DNA of 43,158 nt from a virus (taxonomy: Duplodnaviria; Caudoviricetes), in the IMG/VR virus record IMGVR_UViG_3300030397_000634, positions 1-43,158 of that record; one strand, 5' to 3'. Positions 28,054 to 35,703 of the stretch are shown one piece after another. The notes below the pieces were generated by a model. That model was not told where the DNA came from. It saw only the letters and a list, made by a program, of their open reading frames with translations, and did not search any database. Made by a program: the position numbers and the translations under genes. How positions within the stretch are numbered: the stretch's first letter is position 1; every line of letters starts with the position of its first letter.

Positions 28054-28149
28054 ACTCCGTGCACACTTGGAGGGGAACCTTTGCGGTTAAGGTTATCCCA
28101 TTTCTCAGCATGGGTGTGTAGCATGCTGTCCCGCCGAAATAGGTCGTTG

Positions 28150-29340
28150 TTATCGAGTGATCCGTACTACGTGGTTTATTTGCGGCCCAGACCCCAACAG
28201 CGTAATTGGCGTATCCGTTTGTTTTTCCACGGTTGCGACAAAATTAAAAATGGTTGGCCATTTCTTACGTAACATGTCAAGATTCATGTACCCGCCCACT
28301 TCACTGAAACTTGGGTCAAGATAATTAGCAAAGTTTAATGCAATTTGGGTTGGATTCATTATTTGTATTGATTGTCGTAACAATTCTTCTGAAAAACTTG
28401 CTACTCGGCGTTTTCTGCCCGTAACTGTCGTGATTTCAGGTTCGACTCCGATTTCCTCCCACGTCAATTCTGATTGATCGGGGTACCAATCGCCTGAATG
28501 TCCGGTCATACGGCCATTTCGCATCACGTTGCCAACTCTAATTGGGTACGGTCGTATGACCATGATCACCTCGCCGATCTTTTGGTGGGGCACACCCATG
28601 TCGGCAGCCATTTGCATGGGTGTACATTGACGACTTGTACATGTCGGGTAAGAATGTCCATGGTTGATGTCTAAAGCGAATCCTTGGGCACCTTCGTGCA
28701 ATATTGCATGCTCTGAGTCTAAAGCCGCATGCAATTCTTTAGTAAACGCGGCTGAATGCTTAACGATACAGCATAAATTGGTTGTACCTCTTTCTAATTC
28801 CGAGAAAAACTGTCCTGCAGTGGAAAAATTTCGCCTCATAACTTTTGCTGCTAACATCGCTCCGCACCCTTGCATGGTGGATGCGATGTGTTCAGTTGCT
28901 CCTACGGTAGACGCATCCCCTGCTTCAATTTTCGCGTGTTCGTCGGTGATTACCCCGGCTCGATCGTGAATATTCACAATAACTTGCCGTGCACTATTCC
29001 TGGTGGAGTTAACCCCCCTTGCCACAAGTTGAAATTCTTCATTCATCCTGTCAATCGTAAACCCAGAAGAAGCACCCAACCAGCAACGAATTACCTGTTG
29101 CTGACTATCATCATACCATTTGGGCAAGATTGCTGATACCGGCAATGCTTTAGCAATGTGAACTTCACCGTTTTCGTTAACTGCAGTATGTCCCGCATTA
29201 GCCATGTTAGTCGACGAAACATGTTGAATTTTATCGTGCCTAGCGATGTAGGAACAAATTAGCCCTTTGCCGCACGATCCAAATTGTCCATCAACCACTA
29301 TGTTGAATTTTCCATTTTGTAGTATAGAAGAATGATGCAT
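28150..29340 (-). CDS. purZ: PurZ, N6-succino-2-amino-2'-deoxyadenylate synthase
   Basis: PurA fold with GQFGSCGKG (Ser replaces the catalytic Asp), NAGHT, EGAQG, PIRVG, TTVT..RRV, and NFANY in place of PurA TKLD. Confidence 0.9.
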   Translation of the reverse strand: MHHSSILQNGKFNIVVDGQFGSCGKGLICSYIARHDKIQHVSSTNMANAGHTAVNENGEVHIAKALPVSAILPKWYDDSQQQVIRCWLGASSGFTIDRMNEEFQLVARGVNSTRNSARQVIVNIHDRAGVITDEHAKIEAGDASTVGATEHIASTMQGCGAMLAAKVMRRNFSTAGQFFSELERGTTNLCCIVKHSAAFTKELHAALDSEHAILHEGAQGFALDINHGHSYPTCTSRQCTPMQMAADMGVPHQKIGEVIMVIRPYPIRVGNVMRNGRMTGHSGDWYPDQSELTWEEIGVEPEITTVTGRKRRVASFSEELLRQSIQIMNPTQIALNFANYLDPSFSEVGGYMNLDMLRKKWPTIFNFVATVEKQTDTPITLLGSGPQINHVVRITR

Positions 29341-29409
29341 TTGTGCTTCCTTGTGTAATAATTAAAATGGGTGAGAATGGATTGTGCCGAAGGGCGTAAT
29401 CAAGGCAAA

Positions 29410-30204
29410 TTAATCAAATTTACCTTGAATGTCTTCAATCGTTGCTGATGGGCTGCCAGCTAAACTATTTAATATGCCATTAAGTAAAGTTTTAAATAGG
29501 TGAATGTAAGTATCTCGTGTTTCACTCATACTGGGTTCACGCCCCGGATAACAAGACGTTGCCATAATATTAGCAGCTAATGCCTCAGACTCCACCAATT
29601 CGCTTAATGTTTTACTGGAGTAATGGCCCATTTGCACCACTAATTCAATTCGAGACACGAGGCCATGGATTGAATTGAACTTAGCTCCATTCAATTCGTC
29701 GTGTACGATATTGGCAATGTGTGCAGAATTCATATCGTGTGCAACACAAAATGCAGACAAATCCGATCGTGCCAATAATCCCTCGATTATTGTGTGTGTT
29801 ATCGCACTTTCAACATCACGGCGTCTTGAGAAACTTTTTGTTGTTTGCGTCGCAGGAGACAAGTCATAATGGCACCTATGTTTAATAAGCGTCAATTCAT
29901 CCCCAACATAGGCTTCGGCGGCATCATGTAACAATAATGCTAATTGCATTTCAGGGGTACAACCTAAAGTTCCGCCCAATTGGCTAGCAAAGATGCTATG
30001 CTGGCAATTTGTGTAGAAAGTAAGACAATGGCCACGAAATCTGCATTGCCGACTTAAAGATGTTGCTATATCAACAATGTCAATTTGATGTGTGTACGGA
30101 TTTAAAAGGTTAATTTGTTGGCCAGTAAACGTTTGAAACAAGGTATCATCATAGTTGGAATGCAAGTTGGATGCGTCGGGCAGCATACTGTTACTCCTTA
30201 TCAA
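29410..30204 (-). CDS. HD-domain phosphohydrolase, candidate dATPase (DatZ role)
   Basis: 'RFRGH', 'CQHS' and 'LLHDAAEAYVGD'; adjacent to purZ. Confidence 0.75.
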   Translation of the reverse strand: MIRSNSMLPDASNLHSNYDDTLFQTFTGQQINLLNPYTHQIDIVDIATSLSRQCRFRGHCLTFYTNCQHSIFASQLGGTLGCTPEMQLALLLHDAAEAYVGDELTLIKHRCHYDLSPATQTTKSFSRRRDVESAITHTIIEGLLARSDLSAFCVAHDMNSAHIANIVHDELNGAKFNSIHGLVSRIELVVQMGHYSSKTLSELVESEALAANIMATSCYPGREPSMSETRDTYIHLFKTLLNGILNSLAGSPSATIEDIQGKFD

Positions 30205-30571
30205 TTCGGGTTTGAAGGGTCCTCAATAATAATCGGGGCGTTGATTCAAAATTCAAGACTTTGCCCCGGACAAACAATTCAATTAATAGTTTTGAGTTTT
30301 CGAGGTTATAATGCTCCGTATCTAAAAATGTGACGAATGCCGTATGTGCACCCCTATTGTCGCATAATACAGCTTGATCTATTTGAGCTTGGTTATTTTC
30401 CTTTTTGTTGCCAACGATTTTAGTTTCAATGAACCCAAAAAAGTATTTATGTACAACTGTCATATCCGCAACGCCAAACGACGAATATCGCGATGGGATA
30501 TAGGGAATAACAATTGCGTTTTGATTACGGAGTGTGGTTACTAATTTGCTCCGCAGTTGCGATTCCGTCAT
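30191..30571 (-). CDS. VRR-NUC / PD-(D/E)xK nuclease
   Basis: 'MTESQL', 'GVAD', 'FIETK' and 'AQ'. Confidence 0.75.
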   Translation of the reverse strand: MTESQLRSKLVTTLRNQNAIVIPYIPSRYSSFGVADMTVVHKYFFGFIETKIVGNKKENNQAQIDQAVLCDNRGAHTAFVTFLDTEHYNLENSKLLIELFVRGKVLNFESTPRLLLRTLQTRIDKE

Positions 30572-30746
30572 GATTTTTAAGGGTTAATGGTTTAGATGAA
30601 GGAATGACTTCTTCCCGTAAAATTATCACTTCGTTAGGTGCTTCAATTCCTATTTTTACTTTATTACCCCGAATTTGGAGTAAAGTGATCCAAATATCGT
30701 TCCCAACCCGAATACGTTCACCTATTTTTCTACTCAGTGTCAGCAT
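30525..30746 (-). CDS. csrA: Carbon storage regulator CsrA/RsmA
   Basis: MLTLSRKIGERIRVGNDIWIT...KVKIGIEAP..V.ILREE; the GGAGG RBS fits a start at 30746. Confidence 0.93.
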   Translation of the reverse strand: MLTLSRKIGERIRVGNDIWITLLQIRGNKVKIGIEAPNEVIILREEVIPSSKPLTLKNHDGIATAEQISNHTP

Positions 30747-31260
30747 GATTTTCATCCTCCTTGATTGAAGTAACTTGAATGGCCGCTAGCATGTCCCAAG
30801 CGGCGTGATTTAAATGGGATTGGCCGGATTGGTGGTCCAAATGGCAATTATTGCGGTTTAAACGTTTATTTTGTAGCATGCCAATACAATACTGATTATA
30901 ATGTCGAATGGCTTTATCTAAGAAATATTCAGGCGGTTTAATATGCCAAGTTGCATCGCCCCCTTCTTCTCCTCTCTTATAATGCCCAAACATGCCTATT
31001 CGGCTTAACGCTTCTAAAGCATTCGGCATCAATTTTAACAGGCTATTCACGTCTGGTTTGTTGCGTAGAGCTTTAGAGGCGGCAAACTCCATGTCAATAT
31101 CATCATTAGACGTTTCGCCGGACAAAATGCTATATATCTCACCGTCAAATTCCACATCCATAGAAATCGGTGTCGGCAACGTGCACGGAACACGGACCCC
31201 ATTCGGAAGTTCAAGTACAGCATTGCACAAGTCTGAGGGGTTAAAAGTGCCACTATACAT
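30730..31260 (-). CDS. DUF5664-type dATP/dGTP diphosphohydrolase-like protein with N-terminal extension
   Basis: 'KP....L...ALEAL..I..FG..K', 'W', 'AIRH' and 'D.QSGQSHLNHAAW'. Confidence 0.7.
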   Translation of the reverse strand: MYSGTFNPSDLCNAVLELPNGVRVPCTLPTPISMDVEFDGEIYSILSGETSNDDIDMEFAASKALRNKPDVNSLLKLMPNALEALSRIGMFGHYKRGEEGGDATWHIKPPEYFLDKAIRHYNQYCIGMLQNKRLNRNNCHLDHQSGQSHLNHAAWDMLAAIQVTSIKEDENHADTE

Positions 31261-31673
31261 TAGGAAGATGTCCCTTGTAATTCGGAAATTTGGCGTTTGA
31301 GTTTTGCGATTGCGGCAAGTTTATTGGAGTTTTCAGCCATTGCAATTTTCTGGCGAAGAAGTTGCATATCCTTCTCGCATTTCGCAATCTTGCCCGCCGT
31401 ATCGTCCAATTCGGCGTCAAGACTATCAATATCTGCTTGAGCAGCGGCCAATTTAGCTTCCGCCAACTTACGCCGTGTAAGGTAACTGTGAGAAGGTGCC
31501 CCAGTCTCTTGGTTAATTACAGCTTTGAGAGTGTGCAAATAAGTCGCTTTTGATGACAATTTGCCACGAAGTCTTTTAAGTTCAGTAGTATCAGCCACGT
31601 GGATTTCCTTTCCTCGAAGTTTAAACACCCCACCCTCCCGCAAGTAGGAGGGTGGAGCACAATTTACAAACAA
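31260..31673 (-). CDS. Hypothetical coiled-coil protein
   Basis: Heptad pattern in the C-terminal half. Confidence 0.6.
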   Translation of the reverse strand: MFVNCAPPSYLREGGVFKLRGKEIHVADTTELKRLRGKLSSKATYLHTLKAVINQETGAPSHSYLTRRKLAEAKLAAAQADIDSLDAELDDTAGKIAKCEKDMQLLRQKIAMAENSNKLAAIAKLKRQISELQGTSS

Positions 31674-31699
31674 CGTCTGTTGACGTTACAGTACGAAAG

Positions 31700-32122
31700 T
31701 TATTTACTCTCCGTGGTACCTTCGATTTTGGCCAACATCTCGTTAACAGTATCTTCGCCAAGCGATTCGATGAGAGCCTTTTTCTTGTCGTCCAAACTCT
31801 TGCGAAGTTTGGCCAACTGCTCAGCAGCTTTCTTCTCTTTGGCCGAACCGAACTTGTCGAAGTCTTCAGCTTGTTGCAGCCAACGGTCAGCCTTAGCTTG
31901 AGCCCGACTAGCTTGCCAGCGGCAGTAAGTCGATTCCTTCTCGAAATCGTCCTTGGTCAAAGGTTTGTGGACGCTTGGCTTGAAATCCGTGGGCAAATCG
32001 GTCAGTTTGGCCGAACCTTCTTTGCGGTAAGCAACCTTGACTTTCTTCGGTTTGGGGGTGTCGTTTTTCGCAGCCGTCGAAGGAGCGGAAGCGGTCGAAG
32101 CGGTTGGTGCAGCAGTAGCCAT
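31700..32122 (-). CDS. Lys/Ala-rich early protein, possibly nucleic-acid binding
   Basis: AGGAG RBS, first gene after a consensus promoter, visibly GC3-rich codons. Confidence 0.7.
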   Translation of the reverse strand: MATAAPTASTASAPSTAAKNDTPKPKKVKVAYRKEGSAKLTDLPTDFKPSVHKPLTKDDFEKESTYCRWQASRAQAKADRWLQQAEDFDKFGSAKEKKAAEQLAKLRKSLDDKKKALIESLGEDTVNEMLAKIEGTTESK

Positions 32123-32178
32123 AATAAATCTCCTAAAAAGTGATGGGCGTCAGCCCGGAAACCAATAACCAAAACTTC

Positions 32179-32207
32179 ATTTTAACACATGGTCGCGTCC
32201 GTGTCAA
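32179..32207 (-). promoter_or_regulatory. Sigma70 promoter (extended -10)
   Basis: TTGACA-N17-TAAAAT with TGn. Confidence 0.85.
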
Positions 32208-32602
32208 TCCCTCTTTTGAAAGCCGGACCGGTCCTCTTTGAGAACCATTGGGACCGGGTCAAACTCAATTTGTAGTTGGCCACAATCCAAAGCGTGACAA
32301 ACTTGCAAAGCAATGAACAAATGTTTATCATCGTTCCGGTCAAATTCTGTGGGGAAACCTGCCTCTTTCCAATCAGCTTCGATTTCCTCCAGGTCGCTAT
32401 TGCTGAATTGTCTTGGGTCTACTTGCTGATTGCGTGGGCCGTACAATCGGCCTAGCCAAGTACAAAAGTCTTCAGCTTGATTGAATGTGTCGAATGTTTG
32501 ACCAAATAACGTTTCTGTTGTAGTACACCACAACCCTCCCTTATCCTCCCATTTTTCGTGCCCAGGAATTCGAATTTTAACTGGTTGACATGCCATATCC
32601 AA
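32204..32602 (-). CDS. Hypothetical protein
   Basis: AGGAG RBS; 130-132 aa. Confidence 0.65.
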   Translation of the reverse strand: MDMACQPVKIRIPGHEKWEDKGGLWCTTTETLFGQTFDTFNQAEDFCTWLGRLYGPRNQQVDPRQFSNSDLEEIEADWKEAGFPTEFDRNDDKHLFIALQVCHALDCGQLQIEFDPVPMVLKEDRSGFQKRD

Positions 32603-32607
32603 TTCTC

Positions 32608-32703
32608 CTATTCATCGAGCCATTTGTAAAACCGGCAAATGCCCCATAAAATTGACAGAGCCGCACTACCGGCAAGCAACACTTGTAGTTGGTGCTCAAC
32701 CAT
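32608..32703 (-). CDS. Small membrane protein, 31 aa (not in ORF track)
   Basis: MVEHQLQVLLAGSAALSILWGICRFYKWLDE*; AGGA RBS; its stop overlaps the next RBS. Confidence 0.55.
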   Translation of the reverse strand: MVEHQLQVLLAGSAALSILWGICRFYKWLDE

Positions 32704-32886
32704 TGTTACTTTCCTTTTTTGGTCAGGTAGTCCTTGTATTCATCCGCTTCTTCGGGCAGCTTTCTGTTTTGCCGATAAAATACGACCCTCCCTAACAAAT
32801 TCTTCGAGTTTATCAAGCACAGAATCAAACATTTCTTCTGGAAGGGTGCTCGGTATTTGGCCGGTAGCCTCGACTTTCAAAGTGTA

Positions 32887-33033
32887 TCAAGCCCCAGGTT
32901 CGTCATCGAACGTGGAATCAACTATTTCGGCTACAACATCTTCATCTTCACTACATTGCTCCAACAAATCGTTTGTGTAGTCGATATAGTCAGCATGCAT
33001 TTGCAATTGTTCTTCGTACTGGTCACGTGGCAT
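32887..33033 (-). CDS. Very acidic 48-aa ORF (possibly the 5' part of an interrupted gene)
   Basis: MPRDQYEEQLQMHADYIDYTNDLLEQCSEDEDVVAEIVDSTFDDEPGA*; TAATG coupling and GGAGG RBS. Confidence 0.6.
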   Translation of the reverse strand: MPRDQYEEQLQMHADYIDYTNDLLEQCSEDEDVVAEIVDSTFDDEPGA

Positions 33034-33179
33034 TATGCACCCCCTCCACAATCAGCAATGTAATCGAACTCGTCAAGTGTAAATGATTCGCACGACAACA
33101 AAGCATTGCCTTCTGAATCAACGAGTTGAATAAAGTCATCTACCACCCAAACTTTCTTACTTTCTTGTACACCAAGCAT
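33033..33179 (-). CDS. Acidic 48-aa early ORF (not in ORF track)
   Basis: MLGVQESKKVWVVDDFIQLVDSEGNALLSCESFTLDEFDYIADCGGGA*; GGAGG RBS after the promoter. Confidence 0.65.
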   Translation of the reverse strand: MLGVQESKKVWVVDDFIQLVDSEGNALLSCESFTLDEFDYIADCGGGA

Positions 33180-33222
33180 TTGGAAGTCCCTCCGTTAAGT
33201 GCCGAATTTTCCTTGTACTTCC

Positions 33223-33251
33223 ATTTTAACAGATGGTTGCCAATTTGTCAA
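33223..33251 (-). promoter_or_regulatory. Sigma70 promoter (extended -10)
   Basis: TTGACA-N17-TAAAAT with TGn. Confidence 0.85.
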
Positions 33252-33292
33252 CCCCTCTGTTGAGGTTATCGACATTTACTCGACCGAACCCC

Positions 33293-35242
33293 CTATGGGA
33301 GGGGTTGTGTTAATGCCTTCTCTCGTCCTCTCCTTGGTATCGGGGAAACTTCTTCATCCGCCATGGCCCAAGACTCCCTAGACCATCCCCCGGACACGCG
33401 GAGAGGCACACGAAGGGGAAAAGGACATATCTCCAAGTGGTCCCTAATTTGGTTCGCTTTGTCATATAAAACATCCTCCCCCTCCCAGGGGAGTTGAAAT
33501 AAATATTCATCATGTACCAACGCCACAAGTTCAGCATTTAATTTACGCAAAAGAGGTTGAATACTCACTGATTGAAATTTGCAAATGTCTGCTGCTGTGC
33601 CCTGTACAGCTCTGCCACATAAGGCAATATGACATCTGTCAACTTGTTTGCCTTCTTTGGTAAATGCTACATTATGATGAGGACCGGGCAAGTGTAGACG
33701 TCGACCCGCCAGATTTCTAATATATCCTCGTCGTTTTGCTAACGCTTCAGCATGGTCAGTTGTGCGTTTTAATGTTGGCAAATTTCGATGATACTCAGCA
33801 CGAATATTGTCTGCTAAATTTGCTGCTTCGTTGTCGGTCAGGTCTATACCTTCTTCACGCAATATGGCGACAAGGTTAGCACGCATCTTGCGGACTCCAA
33901 TACCAAAGGATACACTGAAATTGACCGTTTTAGCAGGCCGACGTCGAATTTGGACATTCAAACCTTTAGTGCACATATCAGCCACCCAATTATGAAAATC
34001 AGTGTCGGGGTTATCACGGTATGCCCGAATGGCTTCTATGGCATTAATATAGTGCACTATTATTCTGTACTCAACTTGGGATTGATCAAAAGATAAAAAC
34101 ACAAACCCATCGGGAGGATGTATCAAAGCTTTAACAAGTTTGTCCAATTGTTGGGCGTTAGGTTGTTTACAGGAGAGACGCCCAGTCCTAAGGTTTTGAT
34201 TATACTGACTATGGAGAACTCCCTCAATATGCAATTTTTGCCACGGCTCATAAAACATGCTCCTATGCTGAGATTCAACACGGTATTTGAGTAAAAGTTT
34301 AATGATCCCTTTAAGTTCTTTTGGGGTTTCGATGGAAGTAATGTACTCCTGTAGGGCATCTTTATCGAATGAAGGGTTGCTTTTATCAGTTCTGTTGCCC
34401 CAATGATCAACGTTTGTCCATTTTCGAACTGGTTGGCCGAACCTATTACATATTAAATCGAATAGTTGCTTACGACTGTCAGGGTTGACGCAGTAACCTA
34501 ATTGCTTTTGTAATTTATCCTCAATGTCTAACATGCGTCGCAAACAGGCAAATTCAGCGATTTGAACTTCAGCAGGGTTTATACACAATCCTGTGCGTTC
34601 CATTCTCCATAGAACTTTAGTCAGACAAATTTCATTGGCATACAGTTTATCTGATTCTTCCGGCATGTGCTTGAGTATGTAGCCTTGTAAGGCCCGATTT
34701 ACTTTGACATCAAAACAAGCATAATAGGCAAGGATGTCAATTGGAATATTGCCATAATCTTTGTTGTCCTTGAGGTACGGAGCCAACAAATTGCCTTTTT
34801 TGCGGTACTCTTTGGATAACCAAGCTTTCGCTAAAGCGTCAAGAGTGTAACCCCCTTTGAACGTTCTATCTGAATCAATTAAATGTGCCCCTGCTTGTGT
34901 GCAAATACAAATTAAATGTTTTGGGATACTAACGCCATGGTTAGCCAGTACGTGCATATCGTATTTAATGTTGTGGTTTGTCCAGCTTTTCGCTTTATCA
35001 AATTTATTTTGCAACCAATTATTTTGCACACATAATGTCCAAGGGACGTACCAACACCGAATGTAATTGTCCCCGGTTATAGCAATTCCTAACGGCCAGC
35101 AATGATGCCAAGGGTTAATTGACGTCAAATTACGATTTCGGCTGGAAGTTTCAGCATCAGCATACAAATGCTCGAAATCGGGGATTTCAAATAAATCCTC
35201 GACAGTTTCGCACAAATAACATAAGTCTTTAAGAACAATCAT
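33293..35242 (-). CDS. Family A DNA polymerase with 3'-5' exonuclease, DpoZ-like
   Basis: Exo motifs DAET, HNIKYD and YACFD; TGRLS; motif A DQSQVEYR, motif B RRPAKTVNFSVSFG, GRAVQGTAAD, motif C VHDE. Confidence 0.9.
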   Translation of the reverse strand: MIVLKDLCYLCETVEDLFEIPDFEHLYADAETSSRNRNLTSINPWHHCWPLGIAITGDNYIRCWYVPWTLCVQNNWLQNKFDKAKSWTNHNIKYDMHVLANHGVSIPKHLICICTQAGAHLIDSDRTFKGGYTLDALAKAWLSKEYRKKGNLLAPYLKDNKDYGNIPIDILAYYACFDVKVNRALQGYILKHMPEESDKLYANEICLTKVLWRMERTGLCINPAEVQIAEFACLRRMLDIEDKLQKQLGYCVNPDSRKQLFDLICNRFGQPVRKWTNVDHWGNRTDKSNPSFDKDALQEYITSIETPKELKGIIKLLLKYRVESQHRSMFYEPWQKLHIEGVLHSQYNQNLRTGRLSCKQPNAQQLDKLVKALIHPPDGFVFLSFDQSQVEYRIIVHYINAIEAIRAYRDNPDTDFHNWVADMCTKGLNVQIRRRPAKTVNFSVSFGIGVRKMRANLVAILREEGIDLTDNEAANLADNIRAEYHRNLPTLKRTTDHAEALAKRRGYIRNLAGRRLHLPGPHHNVAFTKEGKQVDRCHIALCGRAVQGTAADICKFQSVSIQPLLRKLNAELVALVHDEYLFQLPWEGEDVLYDKANQIRDHLEICPFPLRVPLRVSGGWSRESWAMADEEVSPIPRRGREKALTQPLP

Positions 35243-35465
35243 TGGAAGGATTTATTTTGCCCAATAAATGGCGACCTTGACTATTAATTTCTTCACATAA
35301 AAGGGAAAATTTGCCGATGATTTTAATTTCTGATGGATACAAAACCCCTGAAGGATCACCAATCACTTCGATTTTATGGTCTCCTTTGGGGTCAACCCCG
35401 ACTTTGACTACTCGGCCACCATCGTCTTTGATTAATAGCCGCATTTGAATTACCCTACTCATCAT
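35229..35465 (-). CDS. Hypothetical protein
   Basis: GGAGG RBS; overlaps both neighbours. Confidence 0.55.
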   Translation of the reverse strand: MMSRVIQMRLLIKDDGGRVVKVGVDPKGDHKIEVIGDPSGVLYPSEIKIIGKFSLLCEEINSQGRHLLGKINPSNDCS

Positions 35466-35703
35466 GACCTCCAGTAAAGGACGGCGGCAACGTTAAATTT
35501 TCCAATACCACACGATTCATAATCGATTTAATATTTTCAAAACAGTCATCGCAAAGCCAAATTCTAGTTCCCCTAAGTGCAGGCCGAAACATTAACCACT
35601 GTTTCGAGGTCCCTCCACATTGCCTACATGTACCTCGATCCAATTGTAACTCTTCAATTGTCATTTTTTGTGTTGTTATTGTTGTATCCGTTAATACGCT
35701 CAT
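35455..35703 (-). CDS. Small Zn-finger protein
   Basis: CRQC...CDDC; TAATG coupling. Confidence 0.6.
   Translation of the reverse strand: MSVLTDTTITTQKMTIEELQLDRGTCRQCGGTSKQWLMFRPALRGTRIWLCDDCFENIKSIMNRVVLENLTLPPSFTGGHDE

Noticed and set aside
27995-28110. Hammerhead ribozyme (CGAAAC present)
   Set aside because: There is no CUGANGA core in the required arrangement.
28150-29340. Ordinary purA auxiliary metabolic gene, or PurZ0
   Set aside because: The catalytic Asp is Ser, and the GTP-specifying Asp motif is replaced by NFANY.
32608-33033. Genome-wide TGA recoding
   Set aside because: TGA is a normal stop elsewhere, often in ATGA couplings (4013, 23243, 27224, 40065), and the long genes are uninterrupted.
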